Source: the human T2T-CHM13v2.0 reference genome, Homo sapiens. Taken from it: a DNA stretch of 64,000 bases. This document shows positions 33,038-51,002 of this stretch, piece by piece; position 1 is the stretch's first letter, and the number at the start of each line of letters is the position of its first letter. The DNA lies in the NCBI RefSeq assembly GCF_009914755.1, contig NC_060927.1, one strand, 5' to 3'. The notes beneath the pieces were generated by a model. It saw nothing but the letters and a program-made list of their open reading frames with translations. It did no database searches and was not told where the DNA came from. Position numbers and translations under genes: made by a program.

Positions 33038-33875
33038 TCTAGAGAGAACTTTCAAAGGCAAAGCAGACCCTTTCTGCATTCTCATTCTCTTCAGTAGCAT
33101 TAGAAACTAGTAAGAAATGCCGTATTTTTTAGCTGTAGAATCACAAGGGTAAACTTGAGGAAATCAACAAGTCTTTATTTCCTCTAAGACTCCACCGGTT
33201 CTGGTTTTCCCATGCATGAGTGGAATGTTGTATCTGAAGAGTCCTAGGTCTGGGTCCTTGCTCCCTGTACCAACAGCAGCCATCTCTATATCAAGATGGC
33301 AGCCACAGAACACCGAAGCCCCTGGACACTTCAGTGACTTTGTAGTGTGTCAATTAGCTAGGCCAACCTACTCTTTCCAGAATCTTCTTTCGTATGTGTT
33401 TTCAGTTAGAGTGGGTATATTTTCCCCAGTTCAGATATTTGAAAGGATCTCAGGCTCTACAGAGTATACTCACATAAGGCTTTTATTTAAAGGCAACAGG
33501 GAATGAAAGAGAATGCAGGGAAGCAGTGTAGGTCTGACAGGCATTCTGCAGCACCAGGTTTGTCCACAAGGGCCCAATCTTTGTGCCCACAGCCCATGTT
33601 GAATCTCTGGATTGAACTGCCAAGATCTGTGCTAGGAATCTTGGCTTCAGGAGAACCCACTGCAAAGAGCTATGTGGCTCTGTAAGTAGGCAAGTCCGGC
33701 TGCTCAAACTAGTGAGGCCAGGTGCAAACCACCAATAAAGAAGATAACACTGCGGATTGCCAGGGGAGTATTGGACCTTAAATAGTACATCCCTTGTCCC
33801 ACTGCCCTTGTCTTGGTCAGGAGCCAAAAACCAAACATTGAAGTATCCCCAGAAATAAAAATAGAGCTTTGCCAG

Positions 33876-34246
33876 TGACATGGTTTGGCTTTGTGTCCCC
33901 ACCCAAATCTCATGTTGAATTGTAGTTCCTGGTGTTGGAGGTGGGGCCTGGTGGGAGGTGATTGGATCATGGGGTGGTTTCTAATGGCTTAGCACCATCC
34001 CCCTAGTGCTGTCTTGTGATAGAGTTCTCATGAGATCTGGTTGTTTGAAAGTGTGTAGCACCTCCCCCTTTACTCTCTCTCTCTCTCCTGCTTTGCCTTC
34101 TGCCATGACTATAAGTTTCCTGAGGTATCCCCAGAAGCAGAAGCCTGTGCAACCCACAGAACCATGAGCTGATTAAACCTCTTTTCTTTTATAAATTAAC
34201 CAGTGTCAGGTATGTCTTTATAGCCGTGTGAGAATGGACTAATACA
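33876..34246 (+). mobile_element. MSTA solo LTR
   Basis: TG...CA termini; perfect 5-bp TSD GCCAG. Confidence 0.88.
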
Positions 34247-34269
34247 GCCAGTATCTCTATGGTGGAACC

Positions 34270-34749
34270 CAAGAGAGATTCTTGGGAGATTAGAAGGGCA
34301 GAGGGAAGCAAGAGTTGTCTTGCAGCTCACACATGTTGCTGATCTGCTGACTCGCCTCATTGGCAGGAAGCCACTGCTGGGCCTGCAAGTGCTTTATCTT
34401 CTCCTGGATCCTCCTTCAGTTTCCGCTTTCTGGGCCAGCCATCTATGTTTAGCTCTATGACAGAAGGCCCCAGCTTCTCCAAGACACCCAAACCACCTAC
34501 ATCAGAGGCAACAAGAAAAGACACGGGTTTTAATTCATCTTTGTGGGGCTCCACCTTGTACCTATGGATTCCAACTTGTTCTTGATCTCTCCACTCTGTG
34601 TCCATCTTTCCTTCCCAACTGCATGCCCTGTGAACTTAAAGTTACAACATCACATGTGAAGACAATAACTTTCCAGAAGCTACTTAACCAGTTCTCATAG
34701 TGATGTAAGGACATATCTCTGTAACAAATCTTTAAAAAATGTGTCTATG

Positions 34750-34792
<43 letters not shown>

Positions 34793-34830
34793 ATCTATCT
34801 ATCTGTATCTATCTATCATCTATCTATCTA

Positions 34831-34878
<48 letters not shown>

Positions 34879-34920
34879 ATCTCCCAGTGGCTCTGCTTCT
34901 CTGGTTGAATCCTGACCCCT
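34270..34920 (+). mobile_element. MLT2-like ERVL LTR
   Basis: 3' end 'ggctctgcttctctggttgaatcctgac' preceded by the characteristic TCTA tract. Confidence 0.55.
34745..34878. repeat. Compound (TCTA/GATA)n tetranucleotide STR
   Basis: About 30 TCTA-type units with TA, TCTG and TCA interruptions. Confidence 0.97.
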
Positions 34921-35454
34921 GGCTGGTACAGGTACCCTGCCACCTTCTGGGAGCCTAGCCATTGACATCTTCCTCCTTCTGTGTTGCAGAAAATGCCAGA
35001 TGTTGGCCAATTCCCTAGGTGCTGCCTCTGTGAACACTGCCATTCAAATTGTAAGCTCCTTCGGACAGTCTCTATTCTATGTGCAGGTGGAAGCCTGGGC
35101 AGGCAGCCCTGTTCTTCACTATGGAGTGGGCTACATAGACTTGCAGATGCCAGATAGCCCAATAAACTCAGCTAATTTCTCACAAGAGGGAAAATGCCAA
35201 ACAGTGATAAGAAATAACTGAAGAAGTCCACTAGCCATGAAAAATAGTGATTCTTGGATATCTAATAAACCTTGAGACAGGAGAGTAAGGTAAGATCACT
35301 AGACAGAGACAGGGGTGCCTTGCCATATGGATATCAGGGCCAACTTCCAGGGCATCCCTTGGCACTCACAGAATGCCCCAGTGTGCACGTGATATAAAGA
35401 TATATTTTCTCTGGACTCAAACCCAACAGGTGGAGCTTTGCACATCTCTTATCA

Positions 35455-35790
35455 GAGAGGTTGCAAATTGGCAGACTGTGGGCTGAAGTTGGCCTGCCAA
35501 TATGTTTTCTTTGAACTCAACAGTGTTTTTAAATTTTTTGCCAACTTCCACAAATTGGGGATTTCACATTTAAAAAAAACAAAATTTCCCACTTTTCTTG
35601 AAAAAATCAGAAGGTTTGGCAAGTATGGGCCTTTTTTCCTGCGTGGCAAAAATTGGCTGTAGCTGAGTAACAGCTGCTCTTGTTAAACAGGGATAGAACT
35701 CTCTAGCTCATGCTGTTCCACCCAACCTGCTTCTCTTGCTTATGTTACCTGCCTGGCTTCTGGAGGCATCTAAGTTTACAAGCACTGGTA
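35455..35790. mobile_element. MER102-like
   Basis: 'agaggttgcaaattggcag...ggggatttcacattt'; inverted relative to 12805-13170. Confidence 0.55.
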
Positions 35791-36217
35791 TTCCCATCTG
35801 TAGCAGATGCTGCCTGGCATCCTGCTCATATCCTTTCCCATTGCAGTAGAAACCCAAGCTGGACTTCAAACTGCCAGGATCTGCACCTTTTTACCTGAGG
35901 ACTTTCTTTGGCAGCCACTCCCTCTCTGGTTGCTCCCCAACAGGTCATAAGTGCACCTTCTCAGCAGTCTTCAACTGATAGGAGTTGGTGTATAAATACC
36001 CTAGCTTCCTTCCCGTTGGTTGGAATAACTCTGAGGCACAAAATCAGTACCCTGATTTTCAGAGTTCCCCAATGCTATTAAGTTCTAGATACCCACAATG
36101 GTAGCTGACTTGATAAAATGCCCTTTAAAGGCTGCCTTATCCTCCCTATCTCTCCTCCCCTCTCCTTTGCCAGTAATTTTTTTAACCGCCTGAATAAACC
36201 ACTTATACATTTTATTG

Positions 36218-36868
36218 TACAGTAACAAGAATTCATAGTACTTATGTTCTGTAAAGTTGCATGAACACTGAATTAGCAAATACTGAACAATTGTTCCTAG
36301 GAGAAATAGAGGGTTAGGTTCCTGTGAGCTTCCAGTCACAATATTTTTGTCAGCTAATCAATAGATAACCTTGTTTTAGGTATGTCTATGTTTAAAGACA
36401 CCTAAATTAATATATATTATTAATTCATTGGCGTTGAACTCATGGCCAACAACACTATGACTTATGCCTAAATGAAGCTCATCTCACACATGTATTTTCT
36501 GTGTGAGGCACATTGTAGCCTTCTTTTGCTCAGGAGCACTAGACAGCCTTCAGCACTACATATGGGGACCATTTTAAACATCAAAATAATCAATAAAAAG
36601 CATAAAAATTGGAAAAACATGGTGCTATGCAGAATATGAAAAGGACACTTGTTTACAATATGAAAGCTGAAACGTGAATGCAGAGTATCGCTTTGTTTGA
36701 CCTTAGCTGAGAACATGCACATTGAGTTACTCAAGTTTTTTGCTGCTCTGTGCATATCCATAATCAACTGTGAAAGTGCCAAGAATATTGATTCTGGAAG
36801 TTACAAATTAATTTTAGTGAGTAGACAAGTTTGTAAATATGAAATCTGTTAACAAAGAGGATCGACTG
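36218..36868 (-). mobile_element. Near full-length MER82-like Tigger derivative inserted in an LTR16/LTR33-like ERVL LTR (~35799-36908)
   Basis: 'gaacactgaattagcaaatactgaac...gggttaggttcctgtgagc' to TIR 'gaggatcgactg'. Confidence 0.75.
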
Positions 36869-36989
36869 TTCCCCAGAAACTGCCTCTAGGGTACCTCAAA
36901 TGAGGACATTATTAGAAGTGCTTTCTCTTCAAGTAATTTCCTCTTCAAATATTCAGTATTTGTAATTCAGAAATATACACAACTGGGAA

Positions 36990-38000
36990 GAAATATAACA
37001 CAGTGGTTTTCAGGCATTGGCCAGTAGGTAGCAAAGGTAATGATCCCTGAGAGAGAGAAAACAAATGAGGCGAGTCCTGTGATTTACCCAGTGTATTGCC
37101 TGGAGGCAGTTACAAGGCTATAGTGCAGGAAGAAGGAAACCAGGTGGAACTTAGTGGTTCCCCTGAGTTGAAGAGACTGAGCTGGAAGTCTGGGGAGGTC
37201 AAGGAGGTTACAGTTTGTAGTTCTGAAGAGTAGAGAGCTACACCCAGAGAGAGCTCCAGTGATTTGCAGAGCCTTCATATGAGTTCTGATCAGAGCAAAC
37301 ATGTGAAGCAACAATGCAATGTGTGTTCTGGGAAAAGACCCACCTGAAAGGAGCAGAGGGAATAATCCTAAGAGCTCACGGAGAATTAGGTTTAGTTAGT
37401 GTTTCCACCAGTCAAAGTGGAAAACCCTGTACTTCATGGGGCATCAGATAGAGTGAGAGGGTCTTGCCTCGGTGGTGGGGAAAAAATTGACCCTTAACTA
37501 AAGACTGCTCAAAAAATCAAGCTATTTTCCAGTAACTTAACTATATTCTAGAACAAAACTCAACAATACTTACAGGAAAACAAAAATGTCCAACACTCAT
37601 CAAGGTAAAATTTACGATGTCTGACATCAAATTAAAAATTACCAGTCATGCAAGAAGCAGGAAAAGATAACCCATAATGAGGAGAAAAATTAATAGAAAC
37701 AGATCAAGAAACGATGCAGATGATACAATTAGTAGACAAGGACATTTAAACTATTATTATATTTTACACATTTCAGAAAGTAAAGGAGACATCGAGCATG
37801 TTAAGTAGAGACATGGAAGATATATATAAAAAAAGATTCAAATAGAACATCTAGAGAGAAAGTTAGAATGTCTGAGACGAAAAATACACTGGATGGGATT
37901 AATAGCAAATTAGATACTACAGAAGAAAAGATTAGTTGAATTGAAGACATAGCAATAAAAACTATTCAAGATGAATTCAGAGAAGAAAAAAGTAAGATAA
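36990..38000 (+). mobile_element. Old L1M 5'UTR/ORF1 fragment
   Basis: A-rich ORF1-like 'ggatgggattaatagcaaattagatactacagaagaaaagattagt'. Confidence 0.65.
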
Positions 38001-38273
38001 GTCAGGAGCTTTATTACAGTATGGCTTCTAATGGCTCATCATTCGAGTCTGTCCCTGGAACCTTATTGACACACAGTGCTTGTGGCCCTTGGGAGGGCAC
38101 AGAAGGGAAAGCTGGACAAGGGGCTAAGTTTCCTAGATACAGTGCGAAGCAGAAGTATGAGGCTCCTGCCCAGGCTCAGGCTCCAGATGTCTCCAACACT
38201 CTCTAACTTTCCTCTTTCAGGCCTTAGAGATTTGGTGGGTAGCTGCTTCTACCTGTTATATTTTAAGAATATA

Positions 38274-38950
<677 letters not shown>

Positions 38951-39169
38951 ACCACACACTTTTGAAGGATGTTCTTCTGAGGAATTAGGAAAGAATGGCT
39001 ATGAAGTTTCCTGTCTCCTCAGTTCTTTGCTCAATTTTTGTCCTCCTATAAACATAGTTTCTTTCTGTTTTAAGACTTGCTACTCTTAAAACAGAATAAC
39101 AAAATAAAGAAATCAATGTCTTAAATATTACACTAAATTTTCATAGCTCTTGTTTCTCTCTTTAAAAAC

Positions 39170-39295
39170 ATTTTTTTTAGAGATGGGGTCTTTCTATGTT
39201 GCCCAGGCTGCTCTCAAGCTTCTGTCATCAAGCAATTCTCCTGCCTCAGCCTCCCAAAGTGCTGGGGTTATGGGCACAAGTCACTGGACCTGTCT
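39170..39295 (-). mobile_element. FLAM/AluJ monomer
   Basis: 'agatggggtctttctatgttgcccaggctg...cctcccaaagtgctgggg'. Confidence 0.75.
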
Positions 39296-39374
39296 TATAG
39301 CTTCTGTTTCTATTGGATGATAAAATATAAAATCAAGGATGGGTTTGCCTTTCTCAGCAGCTTCTCTGAGCTTT

Positions 39375-39750
39375 TGTCTTAGGCCATTTTTAGTGCTATC
39401 ACTGAATGCCACAAACTGGGTAATTTATAAAGAACAGAAATTTATTGGCTTACAGTTCTGGAGGCTAGAAAGTCCAATATCAAGGTGCCAGCATGGCAAG
39501 CGCCCTCTTTCTGCATCAAAACATGGCATCAGGCACCACACAGCAAAGGGCAAAGAGACAGAGAGAGCAAGAAGGGGTGAACCTACTCCCACAATAGGGA
39601 ACCCACTGCCATGATAAAAGCTTTGGTTCACTCATGAGGGTAGAGACCACATGATCTCAACACCTCTTAAAGGTTCTATCTTCTAATTCTGTCACAACGG
39701 CAATTAAATTTCAATATGAATTTTGAAGGAGACAAACATTCACACCATAT
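39375..39750 (-). mobile_element. MST/MLT1A-type solo LTR
   Basis: 'actgggtaatttataaagaacagaaatttattggcttacagttctggaggct'. Confidence 0.75.
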
Positions 39751-40744
39751 GAGCCCATTCTCAGACATTACTAAATACACCCTGAATAAATGCTGGGGTC
39801 CCGCACAAAAGAATATTAAAACCTCAATAAGACACCACTAACTTTCTTTTAATTATAAACTATTTCAAACATACTGAAAACTATATAGTAGACACCCATA
39901 TATTTATATTCCAAGTTTTTAAAAAGTTGATAATTTGTTGTATTTGCATCAGAACTTTCAATTAATATTTTGAAGTTATGGATATATACAGATATAAAGA
40001 AGGGAGCTAAAGCCTCCTTTCTCCCCTTCTGGTCTCTTCTTTCCCTCCATTCCCAGAATTAATCATCTCCTGAAGGTGTTTTTCTTTTTAATAATTTTAT
40101 ATATTATCATATATGCTTAATATGGAGTATCATTTTGATTATTATAACATTTACATAAGTAATATCACACCATCCTTTTGCAACTTACTTTTTTCACTCG
40201 GTATTATGTTTTAGAACTTTATATGTATTGATTTGTGTAGATTTAGTTCATTCATTCTAACTGCTTTATTTTATGATGTTACATGAACATTTAGTAATTT
40301 CATGTGTTTTTGCTATTACAGTGGTTCAGTGAACATCCTTGCAAATGTCTCCTAGTGAACACGTACAAAAGTTTCTCCCAGAAGTAGAAATGCTGTGTTA
40401 TAGAGCGTGTGTGTCCTCAGCATTACTGGGTATTCCCAGAATATTCATCAAAGGATACCAATCTACACTCCTAGCAACAGCACAGAAGCAGTCCCTTTTC
40501 CCCACATCTTTAGCTGAATCACTATTATCAGCTTTAAAAAATTTGTATCAATCTATATCTAGACTCTCTATTCTGTTCCGTTGATTTGCTTCTCAATTAT
40601 ATGCTAATACCACACTATTTTAATGATTATAGCTTTATAAATCTAGATATCTGCTAAGAGGGATTTACCTCCTTGTTCTTCATAATTATCTATTTATTCT
40701 TGTTATTTTATTCTTCTGTAAGAATTGTAGGATAGATTGCTTGT

Positions 40745-41127
40745 TGTATTAGTCCGTTTTTGCACTGCGATAAAGAACTTCCCCGAGACTGGATAATTTA
40801 TAAAGAAAATAGGTTTAATTGACTCACAGTTCCACACGACCGGGGAGGCCTCAGGAAACTTACAATCATGGCGGAAGGGGAAGAGGCACCCTCTTCAGAA
40901 AGTGGCAGGAGAAAGAAGAGAAAGCAAAGGAGGACCAGCCCTGTATAAACCATCAGATCTCATGAAAACTCACTCGCTATCATGAGAACAGCATGGGAGA
41001 ATCCTCCTCCATGATCAAATCACCTCCCTCTCCCTCCACAGGTGGAGATTACAGGTCCCTCCCTCAACACGTAAGGCTTACAATTCGAGATGAGATTCGG
41101 GTGGGGACACAGAGTCAGAGACTATCA
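40745..41127 (-). mobile_element. THE1D-like solo LTR inside an old L1ME fragment
   Basis: TG...CA termini, perfect TSD CTTGT; 'gaggcctcaggaaacttacaatcatggcggaagg'. Confidence 0.85.
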
Positions 41128-42142
41128 CTTGTCAAAATCTATGGAAAGCTCAGTTAGCATTGGAATGTAATGACAGCGAATTTCTAGATGAACTTGGGAA
41201 AAATTGACATCTTTTTCATGTAGAGTCTTTCTATCCAGGCTCATCTATGTCTCTCCAGGTTTACTTTGATTTTTCAATAAATTTTATAGTTTTCCCATAT
41301 ATTGTGTAAGATTTATTACCAGGCAGTTAGAATTTTTGTTGCTGAAATGCCACTTTTCACTTACCAGAAAGGAGAAGATCAAAAAGATTAATAACACTCT
41401 CCACTGGTAAGATTATAGGAAAATGGACAATCTCATAATTTATTAGTGTAAGTGTAAATTAATACAATCTCTTGGAGAATAATTTTAATAGCTCTAAACT
41501 TTTTAATGCATACATTATTTGAGACTTTTCATTTCTAGAAATTATTCACAAATATATGCACAAATATGTAAAATGTTTTGTGTATGATATTAAGGCAGTA
41601 TAATTCTAAAAGTATAAAATTGGCCACAACCTAAATGTGTATCAGTAGAAGCTTGGCTAAATCAATCATTGATTAGTTGATCTGTTCAATAAAATATTAT
41701 GCAGTCATTAAAATGAGGCAGCTTTATAAATACTTATATGAAAAAATATGCAAGATTTTAATTTTTTCTTTTTTCTGTTTGCTTTAGATTTACTTTGCTC
41801 TTCTTTTTCCGGTGTCTTAAGGAAGTAGGTTAGGTTATTGATCAGAAATCTTTCTTCTTTCTTAATATAAGCATTTGCAACTATAAATTTCCTTGTAATA
41901 CTGCTTTAGCTACATTCCATACGTTTTCTTTTTTATTATTATACTTTAAGTTCTAGGGTACATGTGCACAACGTGCAGGTTTGTTACATACGCATACATG
42001 TGCCATGTTGGTGTGCTGCACCCATTAACTCATCATTTAGCATTAAGTATATCTCCTAATGCTACCCCTCCCCCAGGCCCCCACCCCATGACAGGCCCTG
42101 GTGTGTGGTGTTCCCCACCCTGTGTCCAAGTGTTCTCATTGT

Positions 42143-45937
<3,795 letters not shown>

Positions 45938-46000
45938 TATGATGTTAGCTGGTTATTTTGCTTGTTAGTTGATGCAGTTTCTTCCTAGCATCGATGGTCT

Positions 46001-47024
46001 TTGCAATTTGGCATGTTTTTGCAGTGGCTGGTACCGGTTGCTCCTTTCCATGTTTAGTGCTTCCTTCAGGAGCTCTTGTAAGGCGGGCCTGGTGGTGACA
46101 AAAATCTCTCAGTATTTGCTTGTCTGTAAAGGATTTTTATTTCTCCCTCACTTATGAAGCTTAATTTGGCTGGATATGAAATTCTGGGTTGAAAATTCTT
46201 TTCTTTAAGAATGTCGAATATTGGCCCCCACTCTCTTCTGGCTTGTAGAGTTTCTGCCGAGAGATCCGCTGTTAGTCTGATGGGCTTCCCTTTGTGGGTA
46301 ATCCGACCTTTCTCTCTGGCCGCCCTTAACATTTTTTCCTTCATTTCAACTTTGGTGAATCTGACAATTATGTGTCTTGGAGTTGCTCTTCTCGAGGAGT
46401 ATCTTTGTGGCATTCTCTGTATTTCCTGAATTTGAATGTTGGCCTGCCTTGCTAGACTGGGGAAGTTCTGCTGGATAATATCCTGCAGAGTGTTTTCCAA
46501 CTTGGTTCCATTCTCCCTGTCACTTTCAGGTACACCAATCAGACGTAGATTTGGTCTTTTCACATAGTCCCATATTTCTTGGAGGCTTTGTTCATTTCTT
46601 TTTACTCTTTTTTTCTCTAAACTTCTCGCTTCATTTCATTCATTTGATCTTCCATCACTGATACCCTTTCTTCCAGTTGATCGAATTGGCTACTGAAGCT
46701 TGTGCATGTGTCACGTAGTTCTTGTGCCATGGTTTTCAGCTGCAGCAGGTAATTTAAGGTCTTCTCTATGCTGTTTATTCTAGTTAGCCATTCATTCATT
46801 CTTTTTTCAAGGTTTTTAGCTTTTTTGCAATTGGTTCAAACATCCTCCTTTACCTTGGAGAAGTTTGTTATTACCGATCTTCTGAAGCCTTCTTCTCTCA
46901 ACTCATCAAAGTCATTCTCCATCCAACTCTGTTTCATTGCTGGTGAGGAGCTGCATTCCTTTGGAAGAGAAGAGGCACTCTGATTTTAAGAATTTTCAGC
47001 TTTTCTGCTCTGGTTTCTCCCCAT
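46001..47024 (-). pseudogene. L1 ORF1p remnant
   Basis: ATG at 47024 with TAA at codon 13 (46988-46986). Fragments 46617-46799 and 46066-46563 (RPNLRLIGVPE, YPAKLSF) lie in different frames. Confidence 0.9.
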
Positions 47025-47597
47025 CTTTGTGGTTTTATCTACCTTTGGTCTTTGATGATGGTGACATACAGATGGGATTTTGGTGTGGATGTCCTTTCTG
47101 TTTGTTAGTTTTCCTACTAACAGTCAGGACCCTTAGCTGCAGGTCTGTTGGAGTTTGCTGGAGGTCCACTTCCAGACCGTTTGCCTGGGTATCACCAGCG
47201 GAGGCTGCAGAACCGCAAATATTGCAGAATGGCAAATGTTGCTGCCTGATCATTCCTCTGGAAGCTTCATCTCAGAGGGGCACTGGCCGTATGAGGTGTC
47301 AGTCGGCCCCTACTGGGAGGTGCCTCCCAGTTAGGCTACTCGGGGGTCAGGGACCCATTTGAGGAGGCAGTCTGTCCGTTCTCAGATCTCAAACTCCATG
47401 CTGGGAGAACCACTACTCTCTTCAAAGCTGTCAGACAGGGACGTTTAAGTCTGCAGAAGTTTCTGCTGCCTTTTGTTCAGCTATGCCCTGCCCCCAGAGG
47501 TGGAGTCTACAGAGGCAGGCAGGCCTACTTGAGCTGCAGTGGGCTCCACTCAGTTTGAGCTTCTCTGCTGCTTTGTTTACCTACTCAAGCCTCAGCA

Positions 47598-47861
47598 ATG
47601 GCAGATGCCCCTCCCCCAGCCTCGCTGCTGCCTTGCAGTTCAATCTCAGACTGGTGTGCTGGCAGTGAGCAAGGCTCTGTGGGTGTGGGACCCTCTGAGC
47701 CAGGCACGGGATATAATCTCCTGGTGTGCCAATTGCCTAGACCATTGGAAAAGCACAGTATTAGGGTGGGAGTGACCCAATTTTCCAGGTGCCATCTGTC
47801 ACGGCTTCCCTTGGCTAGGAAAGGGAATTCCCCGACCCCTTGCGCCTCCCAGGTGACATGA
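47598..47861 (+). CDS. L1 ORF0 homolog (antisense ORF of the L1 5'UTR), 87 aa, open
   Basis: MADAPPPASLLPCSSISDWC...SVGVGPSEPG...IRVGVTQFSRC aligns with recalled primate L1 ORF0 (MAGAPPPASLPPCSLISDCC...). Real ATG in gcaATGG context. Expression unknown. Confidence 0.6.
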   Translation: MADAPPPASLLPCSSISDWCAGSEQGSVGVGPSEPGTGYNLLVCQLPRPLEKHSIRVGVTQFSRCHLSRLPLARKGNSPTPCASQVT

Positions 47862-49614
47862 TGCCTCACCCTGCTTTAGCTCACAGTCCGTGGGCTGCAC
47901 CCACTGTCCTGAACCCACTGTCTGACAAGCCCCAGTGAGATCAACCTGGTACCTCAGTTGGAAATGCAGAAATCACCCATCTTCTGCGTTGCTCACGCTG
48001 GGAGCTGTAGACTGGAGCTGTTCCTGTTCACCCATCTTGGAAGCTCCCACATTCCATAAGTTTTTAGCCTGTTGTGTCTTCGTTTTCTTTTATTTCAAAG
48101 TATTCTCTAGGTTCTCATGTGATTTCTCCTTTGGCCCATTAGTTATTTGGAGTATGTTGTTTAGTTCTCAAATATTTGTGAATTACTCAAATTTCTTTCT
48201 GACATTGATTTCTATTTCATTCTATTTTGGTTGGAGGACACACTTTGTATAATTTAAATCCTTTTAGAGTTACTGAGGATTGTTTAATGGTTTAGTGTAT
48301 AATCTCTCCTGGAGAACATTCCATGTACACTTGAGAAGAATGTATTTTACTATTGATGGGTAGAAGAAAGGGACACCTCTTAAAATCTCCTTTCTCTCAT
48401 ATCTTACTCTCTCTTCCTTACAGTTATTTCACAGCATCTCACCCTCTAAGCTTGAACTCTCTTCCTGTCATGCCCAGTCCATAGGGTGTTCTTTGTTTTT
48501 CTCCTTCTTCGTTCTCTCTCACCTCTTTATTATATAATCAACTTAGCCTCTCCTATGATGGCTTCTCCTCCTCTTCTTCCTTTTCCTCCTTCTCTTTGTT
48601 CCCCAGGTTTTCATTATTCAGATTCTCCTAGAACAAAATAGAACCTGAGAACTGACCCCAACATAAGAATTCTCCCCCTTTCCCCATGCCTCTTTAATTT
48701 AATCTCTCTTTACAAATTTTTCTGAACCTGCATTGCAAAAAGTACAAGAACCAGCCTGGCAAGGAGAGAACTCTCAATATGATCAGATCACTAGGGTTAA
48801 AATGAACTGGTGAAGACAAATTTTCCTTCTACATCCACCTTCCATGGATCACAGACCCCGTGGGAGATCCTTGTAAACAAAGTCTTAATCAACCATAGCA
48901 GGATTATCCTCCTGCCTCAAAGTCTCCCACTGTAAATTCCATCTCAGCCCTCTGTGTACCTAATGGAACCAAATGTGAAGCTTTGATAGTGGCAACCTCA
49001 AAGCTGGAATCAATTTAGCTTAATTCATTATTGATACTCTACTAAAAAGTCCCTTTGAAGTCACAGCATCAGCAGATGCCACAAACATTAAGATCCCTCA
49101 CAGTTGTCTAAGCTCTTACAGCCTATGGAGGGGTGGAAAGGTAATTGCACTTTTGTTGAACAAAGACTTAGAAAAAATATCAGATATTTGTATTTTATTT
49201 TTCGCATATTAACCCAGATATTTGTACACATCTCTATGATTGCTCTCAGCATATTATATGGCTGTAATTATTTGTGGGCCTTACTGGCTGTATCTTATTC
49301 ATCTTTTTATTCCCTTGCTAAGCACTATGCCTGGCACATAGTAGAAATTCAATAAACATTTGCAGAATGAATGGAGACAACACAATAATAAATAGACCCA
49401 GTAGGGCTTCACAGTGCTTTTCCAAAAGAATATTTATAGGTACTGAAAACCCACTATATTGGTATCATAACTCAAAATCTATCCCAAGCCCTGTGTTATT
49501 TTTTTTTCAGGTATAGTCCCAAAAGTTCAGTGGCATTTTCAATCCCTTCAATCCTACTTTCAGCCAGTGTAATTATTGGCAAAGCCTATTTCAAATGTGT
49601 GCTACAGATGCACA

Positions 49615-49675
49615 TGTGTGCCCACACACACACACACGCACACATGCACAGCCGCATACACACACACACACACAC
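49615..49675. repeat. Interrupted (CA)n
   Basis: CA runs visible. Confidence 0.9.
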
Positions 49676-51002
49676 GGGCTACACATTTTGTAATCTGAGC
49701 ATAGAGGATGGTGCACTCACCCTGCCTTCTACACCAGGAATGGACCTTTATTCTAAGAATTAGAGGGATAATGAAGGACAGAGATGCACATGTCTCCTAA
49801 ACCTCTCAGACCTTCAAAGACACCTGGACCTCAAATGAGGGGATAAGATTTTTGAGGTACTTATATATTTTGTTGTCATAATTTCTTCTGCACCCTAGCC
49901 TTTTCTTTATTCTGACAACTGGCATTACTGGTCTTCCTTGCTTCCAGAAAAGAATGGCATTGCAGAATGCTGATAGCATTCTATCAGAATTGAATGCTTG
50001 GCTTTTGAGGTTCAGAACACTAGATCAGGACATAAATAAAAAATTGGTAAGAATACCTGAAGAGCAACAACAGAGGCTCCCTGTTCTGTGCAAGGGCCAG
50101 AGGTTCCCTGAGCAGAGTCTGTTGAGAGTGAGACTATGACATCGACAGTGTCTCATGTCACCCAGTGAGGGCTCATGTGGCCAGCCTTAGGGTGGTTACA
50201 ATAAGAATTTTTGTCTTTAGTTCAGCAGAACAAGAGAATCATTGATGGCTGAAAAGATGGAAGAAATAACGAGAGAATTTCTCCTGGAGTGTCCTCAACA
50301 TGAAACTGAAAGGCATACCACCTAAATTTTTTGGTAGTCATTCTTCCAGTACATTTGCCACTGGGAGCTGGCAGGAGCTTTCTGAAGTTTTGTTTCTAGG
50401 CTCAGGAAGATGTTGATTTGGGTCATGGCCGTTGTCCATATCTAGGTCATTCCAGAAGGCACTGTTAGGGGTGCTCTTGCCTCCCCATCCCCCTAGCAGG
50501 CTGGATCCACATGGGGTGAGCATAGTGTCATTACCTCCCTCCCAGTGTGACACTCACCTGGCATTAGTGAGCAGTCTACTGAGCAAAAGACGTAGTTTCC
50601 TGAAAAACTGTCCTTAGAAGAAAAAGTAGAATTGAGTGATTAGAATCAATCCTAGAATCCTGCTAGAGTCACTGGGATTGACTGGGTTTTTAGAACAGGT
50701 TGACTTTATAATGTCAGGTATGGCTTTGATTTACTCTTTAGCATATTATTCTAGGCATAATACAGAATATACTGAAGAATGTTTGACTTCTGTTAGGACT
50801 TTAAATCTAAGAGAGTACTAATTACATAATTACACACTTTACTGCACAGAATACAGATCCGAAAACTTGTCATAGTCCGGTTTATATAAAAAAAGGAGAA
50901 ATAATCTTGCTGAATACCATAGGAAGTTATTTATTTCACCGAGTAACTTACTCCACCAGTATAAATAAAAAAGGAGATAAATTATTTATATTGGTTGATA
51001 CC

